The notes: generated by a model from the letters alone, not told the origin. A stretch of DNA of 52,095 nt from an uncultured Pseudomonadota bacterium (GCA_963847705.1 CAWKBC010000019.1:1-52095), one strand, 5' to 3'; shown: positions 8,658 to 20,469, counted from the stretch's first letter. Translations and numbers: made by a program.

Positions 8658-9221
8658 ATGGAGATGGCTTACCGAGAACGGTGGGACGCGGAGATCGCGG
8701 AGATGCGGCGGGTGCTTGCCGGCTTGGCGATGAAGGAGGAGCACAAGTGGGGCAAGCCCACCTACACGGTGGAGGGGAAGAACATCGTCATCCTGCAGGG
8801 CTTCAAGGAGTACTTTGGGCTGGGCTTCTTTCAGGGCGCCCTGCTGAAGGACCCCAAGAAGGCGCTGGTGCAGCTCGGCCAGGTGCAGGCCGGGCGGGTG
8901 ATGAAGTTCACCAGCGTGAAGGAGATCCGGGCGCGGGCGGCGACCATCAAGGCCTACGTGCGCGAGGCGATCGCCGTCGGGAAAGCCGGGCTGCGGATGG
9001 AGCCCAAGAAGACCTCGGATTTTCCGGTTCCCCAGGAGCTGACGGCGCGGTTCCGAAGCGACACCCGGTTCAAGCGCGCGTTCGAGGCGCTGACGCCGGG
9101 GCGGCAGCGGAGTTACCTCTACCACTTTGGCGCGGCCAAGCAGCCGGCGACGCGGGTGGCGCGGATCGAAAAGGCGATGCCGGCGATATTCGAAGGGCGG
9201 GGATTCCTGGAGAGGCGTTAG
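8658..9221 (+). CDS. YdeI/OmpD-associated family protein (DUF1801 + OmdA)
   Basis: EEHKWGKPTY, FFQGALLKDP, AFEALTPGRQRSYL ... AKQPATRVARIEK. Confidence 0.9.
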   Translation: MEMAYRERWDAEIAEMRRVLAGLAMKEEHKWGKPTYTVEGKNIVILQGFKEYFGLGFFQGALLKDPKKALVQLGQVQAGRVMKFTSVKEIRARAATIKAYVREAIAVGKAGLRMEPKKTSDFPVPQELTARFRSDTRFKRAFEALTPGRQRSYLYHFGAAKQPATRVARIEKAMPAIFEGRGFLERR

Positions 9222-9227
9222 CCCGCC

Positions 9228-9761
9228 GTGCGCGCAAGAACCCGGAGCGGAAGTCCGCCGGCCGGCGCAGGCCGACAGCTTTCGAAGCGCGGGATGGGCG
9301 ATGTAAGCTCGGGCCCGCAGGTCCTGGTTGATCCAGCGAAGTTGAGCGTCAACGACGCCGAGCTCGCGCAATACACCCAGGGCCACATGCTCGCGTGCGC
9401 GCGGCAGGCGATGACCTGGGCCCAGGAGCAGTTCGGCCATGCCATCCATTTCCATCTCCGAGGCCACTCCGAGGGTTCGCTGGTCGCGCTGTTTCTTTAC
9501 CAGGAGCTGCTCTCCGACGAACCGGTGCTCGCCGCGAGCGTGTCCAGCGTCGTCCTCAGCGGCGTGGGGCTCGAGCCATTCGATGCGCTGGTTGCGCGCC
9601 AATTGAGCGAGCTGCCGGCCGAACAGGGCCGCACGCTCCGCGCCGCCATCCAGCGCTGCAATTGGGAAGTGCTCAAAAAGCATCTGGCGGTCTCCTGCAC
9701 CTATCTCCAGGACGCCTACGCGCGTCCGTCGGGCCGGGCGGCCGGCGGAGGCCGCGGCTGA
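9228..9761 (+). pseudogene. Alpha/beta hydrolase fragment
   Basis: GHSEG nucleophile elbow, but the ORF is short, has non-coding-like ends and no His-containing C-terminal part. Confidence 0.5.
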
Positions 9762-9827
9762 GCTCTCGGTCGAGCGGTGATGGACCGATCACGCTGCTTC
9801 CCGGAGCGATGGTGGTAGAGAGGATGG

Positions 9828-9995
9828 GTGGGAAGACAGGCCGCCGTGGTGCTTTACGTGCTCGCCCTGATCGCCGTCGTCTGCGGCGTGGACGTCCTGT
9901 TCTTCCGGAACCGGTTCTGGGAGCGGCTGATGGTGAACGTCGGAATCGTCCTGATCTTCGGGGCGTTCTCCTCGAGATTCCTGCGGCGCCCCTGA
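9828..9995 (+). CDS. Small two-TM membrane protein (55 aa, below ORF-track cutoff)
   Basis: GTG..TGA: MGRQAAVVLYVLALIAVVCGVDVLFFRNRFWERLMVNVGIVLIFGAFSSRFLRRP; strong GC3 bias; GAGAGGA upstream. Confidence 0.7.
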   Translation: MGRQAAVVLYVLALIAVVCGVDVLFFRNRFWERLMVNVGIVLIFGAFSSRFLRRP

Positions 9996-10008
9996 GCTCA
10001 GCTCCAGC

Positions 10009-10329
10009 TCAGCTCAGAAGTCCCCCGTGGAAGCGGCCGAACCCCCGGGCGCCCATCAGCGACATCAAGAGGATCCCGGCCCCCAGGACCAGCACGTGCC
10101 GGGTCTTGCGCAGGTCGAAGCTCCCCACGCGGCAGACCAGCAGGTAGCCCACCGCCAGGTTGAAGAGCCCCCACAGGACGTTGACCGTGGAGGACGACAG
10201 GCCCTCTCCGGGCGGGGAGGCGAACGGGCTCTGGAAAGCGTGTCCCGAGATTCCGTTGCCGAGATGGGGGAGCGCGTTGGCGAGAAAAGCGCCCCCGAAG
10301 AAGTAGGCGACGTAGTGGTACCAGCGCAT
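10009..10329 (-). CDS. Conserved hypothetical membrane protein
   Basis: Three hydrophobic segments, FLANALPHL ... FQSPFASPPG ... NVLWG; AGGAG RBS. Confidence 0.8.
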   Translation of the reverse strand: MRWYHYVAYFFGGAFLANALPHLGNGISGHAFQSPFASPPGEGLSSSTVNVLWGLFNLAVGYLLVCRVGSFDLRKTRHVLVLGAGILLMSLMGARGFGRFHGGLLS

Positions 10330-10360
10330 GGTGGGCTCCTTTTGTTGATCGGTCGGGTGG

Positions 10361-10807
10361 TCAGCTCGCGCGGGGCGGGAACAGCTTGCCCAGGAGCGCG
10401 AGCGCGGCGGCCAGCGTGCGTTGCTCCTCGGCGTCGAAGTGCTGCTCCAGCAAGCCCGCCAGCCAGCGATGTCGCGCCGCCCGGTTCGCGGCCAGGACCT
10501 TGCGCCCCGCGGCCGTCAGGGTGACGAGGCGCCGGCGGGCGTCCTCTGCATCGGCGCGCCGGGCCAGGTACCCTGCCGCCTCCAGCGTGGCGACCAGCCC
10601 GCCCATGGCCTGCGGCGTGATGAGCTCCGCCCGCGCCAGATCCGCCGTGGTCGCCGCGCCGCCCTTCTCGAGCCACTTGAGCACGGCGTGCTGCGGGTAG
10701 GGGAGCGTCTCTCCGTCGTAGCCGGCACGCGCCCGGCGCTTCAAGCCGACCATCAGCTCCATGAGCCGCTCGACGATGTCGTCGGCCCGCGCCCGGCTGC
10801 CAGCCAT
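10361..10807 (-). CDS. MarR-family transcriptional regulator
   Basis: TTADLARAELITPQAMGGLVATLEAAGYLARRADAEDARRRLVTLTAAG wHTH; ATG at 10807. Confidence 0.9.
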   Translation of the reverse strand: MAGSRARADDIVERLMELMVGLKRRARAGYDGETLPYPQHAVLKWLEKGGAATTADLARAELITPQAMGGLVATLEAAGYLARRADAEDARRRLVTLTAAGRKVLAANRAARHRWLAGLLEQHFDAEEQRTLAAALALLGKLFPPRAS

Positions 10808-10813
10808 GCGCCC

Positions 10814-10854
10814 AGTCTGCCAAATAGAATGTCTATTTGCAATGTAACATTCTA
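10814..10854 (-). promoter_or_regulatory. marR promoter (TTGCAA-17-CAGACT) with overlapping inverted repeats (operator)
   Basis: CAAATAGA-atg-TCTATTTG (10821-10839) and TAGAATGT...ACATTCTA (10825-10854) in an AT-rich patch. Confidence 0.65.
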
Positions 10855-11049
10855 ATTGACCCCCCCCCGCCAGGCGAGCTTCGGCCGATCGACGAGGACC
10901 AACGACGGGGGCCATTCCCGAGACCTGTTAAGCTGGCGGCGTGCCCCGGACGATCTCGTCGGCCCAGACCTTCCAGATGAAGTTCGTGTTGCCATGATGA
11001 CCGAGGGAGAGCTGCGGATGTCGAGAGGGCCTTCGGTCTCGTCGTCTTC

Positions 11050-11373
11050 ATGAAGTTTCGGCTGGTCATTCACATCCCGGCAGAGGCCGGCCTCGAGCGC
11101 GGCGCCCTCGTGAAGCTGGGGGCCGCGATCGTTGGTGCGCTGGCCCCGCAGCATCCGATTCAGGGCCGCGATCTGGGGGCGAGCCATCTGATCTTGACCA
11201 TCGACTCCGATGCTCCCGAAGCGACCTGGGAGACGGCAAGAGGCGCAGTCCCCGAGCCAACCCTTTCGATGACCTACGTTTTTTACACACCGCTCGACGG
11301 GCCGAAGGGTCCCGGAACCGAGCAGTGGCTCTGGCCGCCGGTCGATGGCGACAGTTCCCCGCGTGGAGACTGA
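11050..11373 (+). CDS. Hypothetical protein
   Basis: 107-aa ORF with protein-like composition; no recognised family. Confidence 0.5.
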   Translation: MKFRLVIHIPAEAGLERGALVKLGAAIVGALAPQHPIQGRDLGASHLILTIDSDAPEATWETARGAVPEPTLSMTYVFYTPLDGPKGPGTEQWLWPPVDGDSSPRGD

Positions 11374-11582
11374 CGGTATGGTGAAACGCGCCGCCGCGAT
11401 CTGCTGGCGGTGGCGTCATGCGCGACAACCTCCGGCAGGCGATGGTCGATCTGATGCAGACGGTGCGGCTGGTGACCACGGGCGACCGGTCGCTGGTGCC
11501 GGGCTGATCGACGGTGGCGTCGCCCTGGAGGTTGGTCCGCCCGACGGCAGTTGCCACGTGTGAATCACCCGACGGGCGCGCG

Positions 11583-12659
11583 TCAGGCGTAGGTCGCCGC
11601 CGCTTCGGCGAGGCCCTGCTTCATCTCGTCGCTGGGATCGAGGCGCACCGCCTCGCGCTCGAGGGCGTCGGCTTCCGGGCCACGGCCGGCGGCGCGCAGA
11701 CATCCGCTGAGCAAGGCCGCCGCGTCGCGAAACTGCTGCGCCATCATCGTCTTCAGGGGCGCCAGCATCTCGGGCGGAATCTCGACGTCGGGGGGCGGCT
11801 CGGACATGCGGTGGTGGTTGGCCAGCTCGCGCAGCGGATCGGCGTAGAGGCGGCCGATGTCGGCCCACCGCTTGCGCTCGCCGAGCAGACCAACCAGGTG
11901 GTGCGCGCACCCGGCGACGATGGGCACGGACGGATCGTTCTTCACCGCGTCGTACCAGGCGACGGTCCGCTCGTCCTCGTCGAGGAGGCCGTTGAGCACC
12001 ATCCAGTCGAGGCGCGCGACGGCGTCCCCGCCCCCCGCCAGGGTGGCGGCGGTCTGGTCGCGGACGCGCGTGAACCGCTGGCGCGCCGGCGGGTGCGCGG
12101 CGATCAGCGTGGCGATCTCCGACGCCATGAACGAGAGCCGCACGCCGGTCATCCCCGGATCGATGCCGGCGATGTTGTGCCACAGCCACTCGAATTCATC
12201 GGTGGCCTCGCCGTGGCGCCCGGCCGCCAGCATCCCCTTGGCCAGCATGAGCCGACCGTTCATGTCGTGCTCGGGATCGATCACCGACCTGCGCAGGCGA
12301 TCGAGGTCGGTCTCGCCGCGTTCGAGGCCGCGCAGCCAGTCGAGGAGGCCGCGCGGATCGCGGTATCCGACCACGCGGTCCTTTTCCTGACCGTCCTTGA
12401 AGGCGATGAGCGTCGGCATGGCCCGGATCTCCAGCCGCCGCGCCAGCTCCTCCTCTGCGTCGACGTCGATCTGGACCGCCAGCGCGTGGTCGTCGAACCA
12501 GCCGATGACGTCCGCGTCGCGCCAGGTGACCTTGTCCATCTGCTTGCAGGGGCCGCACCACTCGGCGGTCGCGTCGACGATCAACCAGAGCCCGTTCGTT
12601 TTCGCCCGCTCTGCAGCGCCGGCGAACCCATCTGACTGAAACAGCGGCAGCGTCGTCAT
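11583..12659 (-). CDS. Thioredoxin-domain protein with C-terminal helical/TPR-like region
   Basis: ATAEWCGPCKQMD, IRAMPTLIAFKDG; about 240-aa helical C-terminus. Confidence 0.85.
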   Translation of the reverse strand: MTTLPLFQSDGFAGAAERAKTNGLWLIVDATAEWCGPCKQMDKVTWRDADVIGWFDDHALAVQIDVDAEEELARRLEIRAMPTLIAFKDGQEKDRVVGYRDPRGLLDWLRGLERGETDLDRLRRSVIDPEHDMNGRLMLAKGMLAAGRHGEATDEFEWLWHNIAGIDPGMTGVRLSFMASEIATLIAAHPPARQRFTRVRDQTAATLAGGGDAVARLDWMVLNGLLDEDERTVAWYDAVKNDPSVPIVAGCAHHLVGLLGERKRWADIGRLYADPLRELANHHRMSEPPPDVEIPPEMLAPLKTMMAQQFRDAAALLSGCLRAAGRGPEADALEREAVRLDPSDEMKQGLAEAAATYA

Positions 12660-12773
12660 CGCGGAAGTCTAGCCGGTCCGACCGTCCACTGAGATGAGCG
12701 CGAACGCCCCGTCCTGTCGTATCATCCTCGACGTTGGACGCGCAGCCTCGGTCCACCATCCAGGAAATTACAG

Positions 12774-13424
12774 ATGGGCCTGTTTTCCAAAATCTTCGGT
12801 TCCAAGCCGCCCGCTGACCGCGGCGGCGGCGGCGACGTGGTGGTCCCGGCGCCCGTGGGGTGGGCCTTCATCGAATCGCTGTTCGCCGAGCTCTATCCGG
12901 GCCAGACGCCGAGGCATGCCGCATCTGCCATCGCGCCCCGGCACGACCTCCGGATCGGCCGCGCGTCGGTCGAGGGGACGCACGTCTACGACGCGGGGAA
13001 GGTCTGGCACTACGTCACCCTCGGCCTGACCGAGCTCTACGACCAGTCAGACGCCAGCGTCGGGCCGAACGGCATCCGCTGCGAGCTGTCGATGCGGATC
13101 GCCAAGCACGACGCGCCCGAGCCGCCGCTCTGGCCGGTGGCCTTTCTGGGGAAGATCGCCTCCCACGTCAGCCAGGGCGCGGTCCTGGCGCACGGGGTCT
13201 CTTTCCGCACCGGGCCGATCGCCGGGGCGCCCGCCGCTGCCGGGCTCGAAGGCGTGGTGGCGCTGCTCGATCCAGGGATCGAACCGCGGCCGGGTCCCTT
13301 CGGCAAGGTGGGCGTGATCCTCCTGGTCGGCCTGACCGGTCGCCAACTCGACGAGATCAAGCAGGGCGGCAGCGCCAAGCTGATCGCCGAGCTCGCTGCC
13401 GACCCGGCAAAACAGATCACCTGA
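12774..13424 (+). CDS. Suppressor-of-fused (SUFU) domain protein
   Basis: WHYVTLGLTELY ... ELSMR ... PPLWP ... LLVGLT..L typical of bacterial SUFU proteins. Confidence 0.8.
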   Translation: MGLFSKIFGSKPPADRGGGGDVVVPAPVGWAFIESLFAELYPGQTPRHAASAIAPRHDLRIGRASVEGTHVYDAGKVWHYVTLGLTELYDQSDASVGPNGIRCELSMRIAKHDAPEPPLWPVAFLGKIASHVSQGAVLAHGVSFRTGPIAGAPAAAGLEGVVALLDPGIEPRPGPFGKVGVILLVGLTGRQLDEIKQGGSAKLIAELAADPAKQIT

Positions 13425-13668
13425 GAGGCCGCAGACGCCTTCTGCGGAGGCGGGGGCGTTCAGGTGGTGGCGCCGTTCTGGCGCCAGACGGTGACCGGAT
13501 TCGTCCAGCCGTTGCAGGCCTTGAAGCCATCTGCCGGGTGGGGCGCGTCGGCCGCCTGGCAGGTCGGTTGCGGCTTGGCGGACGGGCGGCGCTCCGGAAG
13601 CGTTGCCTCCGAGCGGACCGGCCGTTGTTCGAGGGGCAAAAGACGGGGCCCCGTCGCCCCGCCGGCGG

Positions 13669-14772
13669 TCAGGCGAGGCTCGTCTCGAGGCCCAGCCCGG
13701 CCTCGCCGGTCAGCTGAATGCGCGGGCCGTCGGCGCGCCAGCCGCCGGTGAACGGATCGTCCACCAGCAGGAAGGCGGTGTCGAGGTCGACCCAGTCGAC
13801 GCCGCCCAGCGCGGCGACGACGTGCGCCATCGCCAGCAGGCCGACGCGCGTTTCGACCATGGCGCCGGCCATGAGGCCGAGCCCCTCGGCGCGGGCGCGG
13901 CGTCCGAGCGCCAGCGCGGCCAGCGGGCCGCCCAGCTTGGCCAGCTTCAGATTCACGGCGCTGACGGCCCGGGCGGCCAGCAGGCGGTCGAGGTCGGCCG
14001 GGCCGCGGAACGACTCGTCGGCGACCACCGGGACGGAGGCCCGCGCGGTGACCTCGGCCATCCCGGCGAGATCGCCCGCGGCGCAGGGCTGCTCGTAGCA
14101 TTCGATGGTAAGGCCGTCGCCGAGCGCGGTGTCGAGCAGCGCGAGCGCCTCACGCGCCGCGAACCCGGCGTTGGCGTCGAGGCGAAACCGCGCGCCCGGC
14201 ACGGCGGCGGCCACCGCGCGCAGCGACGCGCAGTCGGCGCGCCAGTCCCGCCCCACCTTGACCTTGAAGCAGGTGAACCCGGCGCGCGCGTGGCGGGTCG
14301 CCGCGGCCGCCATGCGCTCGGGATCGGAGATCGACAGCGTGATGTCGGTGAAGAGCGCCGCCGCCTCGGCGCCGCCGAGCGCGCGCCAGAGCGGCACGCC
14401 CCGCAGCCGCGCCGCCGCGTCGACGATCGCCGCCTCGACCCCGGCGCGCGCCACGTCGCCGGTGGGGAATTGCGCTGTCAGCAGACGGTCGAGCTCGTCC
14501 GTCTTCCCGAGGAGCGCCCCGCGCAGGCCAGTGGCGGCCGTGGCGATGGCCTGCAGGAGCTCGGGCTGGTCCTCGCGCGTGACCGGCGGCAATGCGGCGC
14601 TCTCGCCCAACCCGGTGGCGCGCCGGCCGCGGTCGTCCTCCAGCGTGGCGCGCACCAGCGCGGCCCGCGTGGTGTCCATCCGCCCCGAGGCGATGACGAA
14701 CGGTTCGCGCAGCGCGATCGACAGCGGCCCGACGGTGAGATCGACGATCGAGACGCCCGGCCCGAACAGCAT
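13669..14772 (-). CDS. Dipeptide (L-Ala-D/L-Glu) epimerase, enolase superfamily
   Basis: FKVKVG, RLDANAG, EQP, ADES, NLKLAKLGG, GAMVET, DLD. Confidence 0.88.
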   Translation of the reverse strand: MLFGPGVSIVDLTVGPLSIALREPFVIASGRMDTTRAALVRATLEDDRGRRATGLGESAALPPVTREDQPELLQAIATAATGLRGALLGKTDELDRLLTAQFPTGDVARAGVEAAIVDAAARLRGVPLWRALGGAEAAALFTDITLSISDPERMAAAATRHARAGFTCFKVKVGRDWRADCASLRAVAAAVPGARFRLDANAGFAAREALALLDTALGDGLTIECYEQPCAAGDLAGMAEVTARASVPVVADESFRGPADLDRLLAARAVSAVNLKLAKLGGPLAALALGRRARAEGLGLMAGAMVETRVGLLAMAHVVAALGGVDWVDLDTAFLLVDDPFTGGWRADGPRIQLTGEAGLGLETSLA

Positions 14773-14855
14773 CGGCGAATCCTATCGCGACCGGCGTCTC
14801 CGTGGCGAGGTGCCGGAGGGCGTCGGCGGCGGTATCGTTCGGCGGAGGAGGCGAG

Positions 14856-15323
14856 ATGAGTCTGGAAATCAGGCGGGCGAGGGAGTCGGATCTGCCCGCC
14901 ATCTTGCGGCTGTATGGCCAGCCCGGACTGGGCGACGGAGCGGTCCTCTCGGTCGAGGTGGCGGCCCAGGTGCTCCGAAGGATGGAGACCTATCCCGACT
15001 ATCACGTCTTCGTGGCGACGGCGGGAGGCTCCCTCGTGGGAACCTTCGCGCTCCTCATCATGGACAACCTCGCGCACCTGGGAGCGCCGTCGGCCGTGGT
15101 CGAGGACGTCTGTGTGGATGAGGGACACCGGCGCAGCGGCATCGGTCGCGCGATGATGGAGTTCGCGATGCAGGCGGCGGCGGAGCGGGGCTGTTACAAG
15201 TTGACCTTGTCGAGCAACATCGCCCGGGCGAGCGCGCACGACTTCTATCGTTCACTCGGCTTCGAGCAGCACGGGTTGAGCTTTCGCGTGACCTTCCGGC
15301 CGTCGCGGCACGCCGCAGACTGA
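14856..15323 (+). CDS. GNAT-family N-acetyltransferase
   Basis: VEDVCVDEGHRRSGIG, GCYKLTLSSN, AHDFYRSLGF; GGAGGAG RBS. Confidence 0.9.
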   Translation: MSLEIRRARESDLPAILRLYGQPGLGDGAVLSVEVAAQVLRRMETYPDYHVFVATAGGSLVGTFALLIMDNLAHLGAPSAVVEDVCVDEGHRRSGIGRAMMEFAMQAAAERGCYKLTLSSNIARASAHDFYRSLGFEQHGLSFRVTFRPSRHAAD

Positions 15324-15357
15324 GCGAGGTCGCCGCGGCTGGATCGTGCCCTCAACG

Positions 15358-16269
15358 TCAGCCGCGCAGCGTTCGGTCGAAGAAGGCGATGGTGCGCTGC
15401 CAGGCCAGCTTGGCGGCGGGCGGATCGTAGCGGGGCGTGGTGTCGTTGTTGAACCCGTGCTCGGTGCCGGGGTAGGTGAACGCCTCGTACTTCACGTGCG
15501 CGGCCTTGAGCGCGGCCTCGTAGGGCGGCCAGCTGGCGTTGATGCGGTCGTCGTTTGCGGCGAAGTGCAACTGCAGCGCGGCCTTGATCGCCTTGACCTG
15601 CTCGAGCGGCGGCGCGCTGCCGTAGAAGGGGACCGCGGCGGCGAGATCGGGAAGCCGGGTGGCCAGGAAGTTGGCGATGCCGCCGCCGTAGCAGAAGCCG
15701 ACCACGCCCAGCTTGCCGTTGCTGCCGGGGCGGGTGCGGGCGAAGCCGGCCGCCGCCACGAAGTCCTCCCGCGTCTTCGCCTGGTCCAGCTTGGCGAAGA
15801 GCGCGCGGGCTTGATCCTCGTCGCCCGGGTATCCACCGAGCGGGAAGAGCGCGTCTGGCGCGAAGGCGACGAAACCCTCCAGGGCCAGGCGGCGGGCGAT
15901 GTCCTCGATGTGCGGGTTCAGACCCCGGTTTTCGTGGGCGACGAGGATCGTCGGCAGAGCGCCGGCGTGCTTGCCCCCCGGCGCCGGGTGGACGAGGTAT
16001 CCGCGCGCCTTCCCGTAGCCGTGCGGCGAGGGAAACTCGATCTTCTGTGCCTGGAGGCGCTTGTCGTCCGGTGGCACCTGCTGGGCCTCGGCGAACCGCG
16101 GGGCCAGCGCCTCGAGGAACCCGGCCGCGGTCACGCCGCCCACCGCGAACTTGGCGGCGCCTTCGAGAAAGCCCCGCCGATCGATCACGTTGTGAACGTA
16201 CTGGTCGAAGAGCTTCAACACCTCGGGCGGGAAGTCGCCGGCCTTGGTGAACGGTTTGTCGTTGGTCAT
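15358..16269 (-). CDS. Dienelactone hydrolase family protein (YghX-like), possible Tat signal
   Basis: HENRGLNPHIED, GFCYGG, HGFNNDTTPRY; DRRGFL twin-arginine-like motif. Confidence 0.92.
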   Translation of the reverse strand: MTNDKPFTKAGDFPPEVLKLFDQYVHNVIDRRGFLEGAAKFAVGGVTAAGFLEALAPRFAEAQQVPPDDKRLQAQKIEFPSPHGYGKARGYLVHPAPGGKHAGALPTILVAHENRGLNPHIEDIARRLALEGFVAFAPDALFPLGGYPGDEDQARALFAKLDQAKTREDFVAAAGFARTRPGSNGKLGVVGFCYGGGIANFLATRLPDLAAAVPFYGSAPPLEQVKAIKAALQLHFAANDDRINASWPPYEAALKAAHVKYEAFTYPGTEHGFNNDTTPRYDPPAAKLAWQRTIAFFDRTLRG

Positions 16270-16375
16270 GTGTGGGCTCCCGAGGAAAGCTCCTTCCGGG
16301 CCTGGCCGCCGTCAAGGGGCGAGATCACGATTGCTTGGGTTTGACTTTCGGCAGGCCGCTCGCCAGAACGTGGGG

Positions 16376-16981
16376 ATGAAGCTCTACTTCGCGTCGAACG
16401 CCTGCTCCCTCTCGCCGCACATCGCGCTCAGCGAGAGCGGGCTCCCCTTCGAGCTGGAACGGGTCGATCTGAGAACAAAGCGAACGGCGTCGGGTGAAGA
16501 CTTCGTCGCGTTGAATCCGAAGGGTTACGTTCCGGCGCTGAAGCTCGACGACGGGCAGGTCCTGACGGAGGGCGCGGTGATCGTGCAGTGGATCGCGGAC
16601 CAGCGGCCGGAGAGCGGGCTGCTTCCACCCTGCGGGACGATGGCGCGCTACCGGGCGCAGGAGTGGCTTCACTACATCGCCACCGAGCTGCACAAGGGGT
16701 TCATCCCGCTTTACAGCAAGATCACGCCCGAGGAGGTCAAGACGACGGTGCGGGAGAGGCTGACGGCGCGGTTCGCGTTTCTGGCGGCGGCGGTGGAGCG
16801 GCAGCCGTATCTGATGGGGGAGACCTTCACGGTCGCGGACGGGTACGCCTTCTACACGCTGCGCAGCTGGAAGCGCGCCGTGAGGCCCGAGCTGCCGTCG
16901 CCGGCGCTGCAGCCCTACTTCGAGCGCATTCTGGCGCGTCCCGCGGTGATCGCCGCGCTCGACGCCGAGCGAGACGCCTGA
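16376..16981 (+). CDS. gstA: Glutathione S-transferase (beta class)
   Basis: MKLYF...ACSLSPHI, NPKGYVPAL, LTEG, IATELHKGF, FTVADGY. Confidence 0.88.
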   Translation: MKLYFASNACSLSPHIALSESGLPFELERVDLRTKRTASGEDFVALNPKGYVPALKLDDGQVLTEGAVIVQWIADQRPESGLLPPCGTMARYRAQEWLHYIATELHKGFIPLYSKITPEEVKTTVRERLTARFAFLAAAVERQPYLMGETFTVADGYAFYTLRSWKRAVRPELPSPALQPYFERILARPAVIAALDAERDA

Positions 16982-17105
16982 CGGCGTCCGAAATGGACGC
17001 CGCCGCGGTCAGTCCTTGAGGGCGCCCGAGGCGCGCGCCGTGCAACCCTGAGCCCGCGATCGCGCTTCGGCAAGGGGCGATCTCAGACGTATCCTCAGCT
17101 CGGTC

Positions 17106-17756
17106 GTGGAAGCGGCAGACCGTGAGAGCGCCAAGCGTGTTCGCGCGCTGATCGTGCAGGGGCAATGCGACCCGTCGCTGTTTCGCGGCGCGCTGACGGA
17201 CGTTCCAGCTGTTGCGCGCGACGCCTGGGTGGACCAGGTCTTCGGGCTTGGCGCTCCTCCCGAGGACGGCCCTCAGCTCCCGGTCGGGTGCGTGCCATAT
17301 CTGCCGTGCTCCGTCGACGCTCTGCTGCGCCTGCTGGAGCAGGCGCCGGTGGGCGCGACGGAGCTCTTCGTCGACATCGGAGCCGGGGTAGGGCGAGCCG
17401 CCGCGCTGGTGCATCTTCTGACCGGGGCGCCAGCGCTCGGCCTCGAGGTCCAGCCGGCGCTGGTTGCGGTGGCGCGTGAGCTCACCACCCGCCTGCGTCT
17501 GCCCGGCGTTTCGTTCCTCGAGGCCGACGCGGGCCAGCCGACCGACAGCTGGTCCGCCGGCTCGGTCTTCCTGCTCTATTGCCCGTTCAGCGGCGACCGT
17601 CTCGCAAGGCTGCTGGCCAATCTCGAGCCCCTCGCGCGCGCCCGCCCGATCCGCGTCTGCTGTGTCGATCTCCCGCTGCCCCCGTGCCCCTGGCTCGAGC
17701 AAACATCCGCGCCCTCTCTCGAGCTCACCATCTATCGAAGCAGGCTGCTCGGCTAG
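17106..17756 (+). CDS. Class I SAM-dependent methyltransferase
   Basis: FVDIGAGVGRA, GLEVQP, EADA, VFLLYCPF. Confidence 0.82.
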   Translation: MEAADRESAKRVRALIVQGQCDPSLFRGALTDVPAVARDAWVDQVFGLGAPPEDGPQLPVGCVPYLPCSVDALLRLLEQAPVGATELFVDIGAGVGRAAALVHLLTGAPALGLEVQPALVAVARELTTRLRLPGVSFLEADAGQPTDSWSAGSVFLLYCPFSGDRLARLLANLEPLARARPIRVCCVDLPLPPCPWLEQTSAPSLELTIYRSRLLG

Positions 17757-17763
17757 AAACGGG

Positions 17764-18342
17764 TTAGCGCGCGCGCAACCGCGACTCGATCCGGCGGTCG
17801 GGGACCAGCCACATGAGCGCCACCAGGATGTAGATCCCGAGCGCGAGCCAGCACTGGACGAAGGAGAGCGGAATCGCCAGCGCGTAGAGCAAGGTGGAGG
17901 TTCGCCCCTTCGTGTCGCTGCCGACGGCGGCCGCGAGCTCCGACGACGCTCCCTCTTCGGCCACGATCACGCGCACGAGAACGTAGTAGGCGATCGAGGC
18001 CAGCAGCAACACGACCCCGTAGATGGCGGTGGGGACCGGGCGGAATCCGTTCTCGCCCATCCAGGCGGTCACGAAGGGGATGAGCGACAGCCAGAACAGC
18101 AGGTGCAGGTTGGCCCAGAGAACCCCGCCGGTGACCCGCTTGGTCGCGTGCATCATGTGGTGGTGGTTGTTCCAGTAGATGCCGAGGAAGACGTAGCTCA
18201 GAACGTAGGTGAGAAACACCGGGAGGACCGGTCGCAGCGCCTCCAGCGTGGCCTCGTGCGGCACCTTCAGCTCGAGGATCATGATCGTGATCAGGATGGC
18301 GATGACGCCGTCGCTGAAGGCCTCGAGTCGTCCCGTGCTCAT
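17764..18342 (-). CDS. TMEM175-family potassium channel
   Basis: RLEAFSDGVIAILITIMILEL, YWNNHHH, LLFWLSLIPF. Confidence 0.93.
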   Translation of the reverse strand: MSTGRLEAFSDGVIAILITIMILELKVPHEATLEALRPVLPVFLTYVLSYVFLGIYWNNHHHMMHATKRVTGGVLWANLHLLFWLSLIPFVTAWMGENGFRPVPTAIYGVVLLLASIAYYVLVRVIVAEEGASSELAAAVGSDTKGRTSTLLYALAIPLSFVQCWLALGIYILVALMWLVPDRRIESRLRAR

Positions 18343-18546
18343 GCCGCCCAATCCACCACATTCCCGCGCACATTCCAAAGCCCGACGCCTCTTCGCGGCA
18401 GGGCATGGCAAGATCGCACCCGCGCCGGCGTTTCCGAAGCGGAGTTGCACCGCCAGGCCGTCGCCAACCTCGCGGCCCTCGCGGAGCATCAGCTCACGAT
18501 CCGCGAGAACGGAACCGTTTCGGCGCTGTTCTCGACGGAAACTTCG

Positions 18547-20469
<1,923 letters not shown>

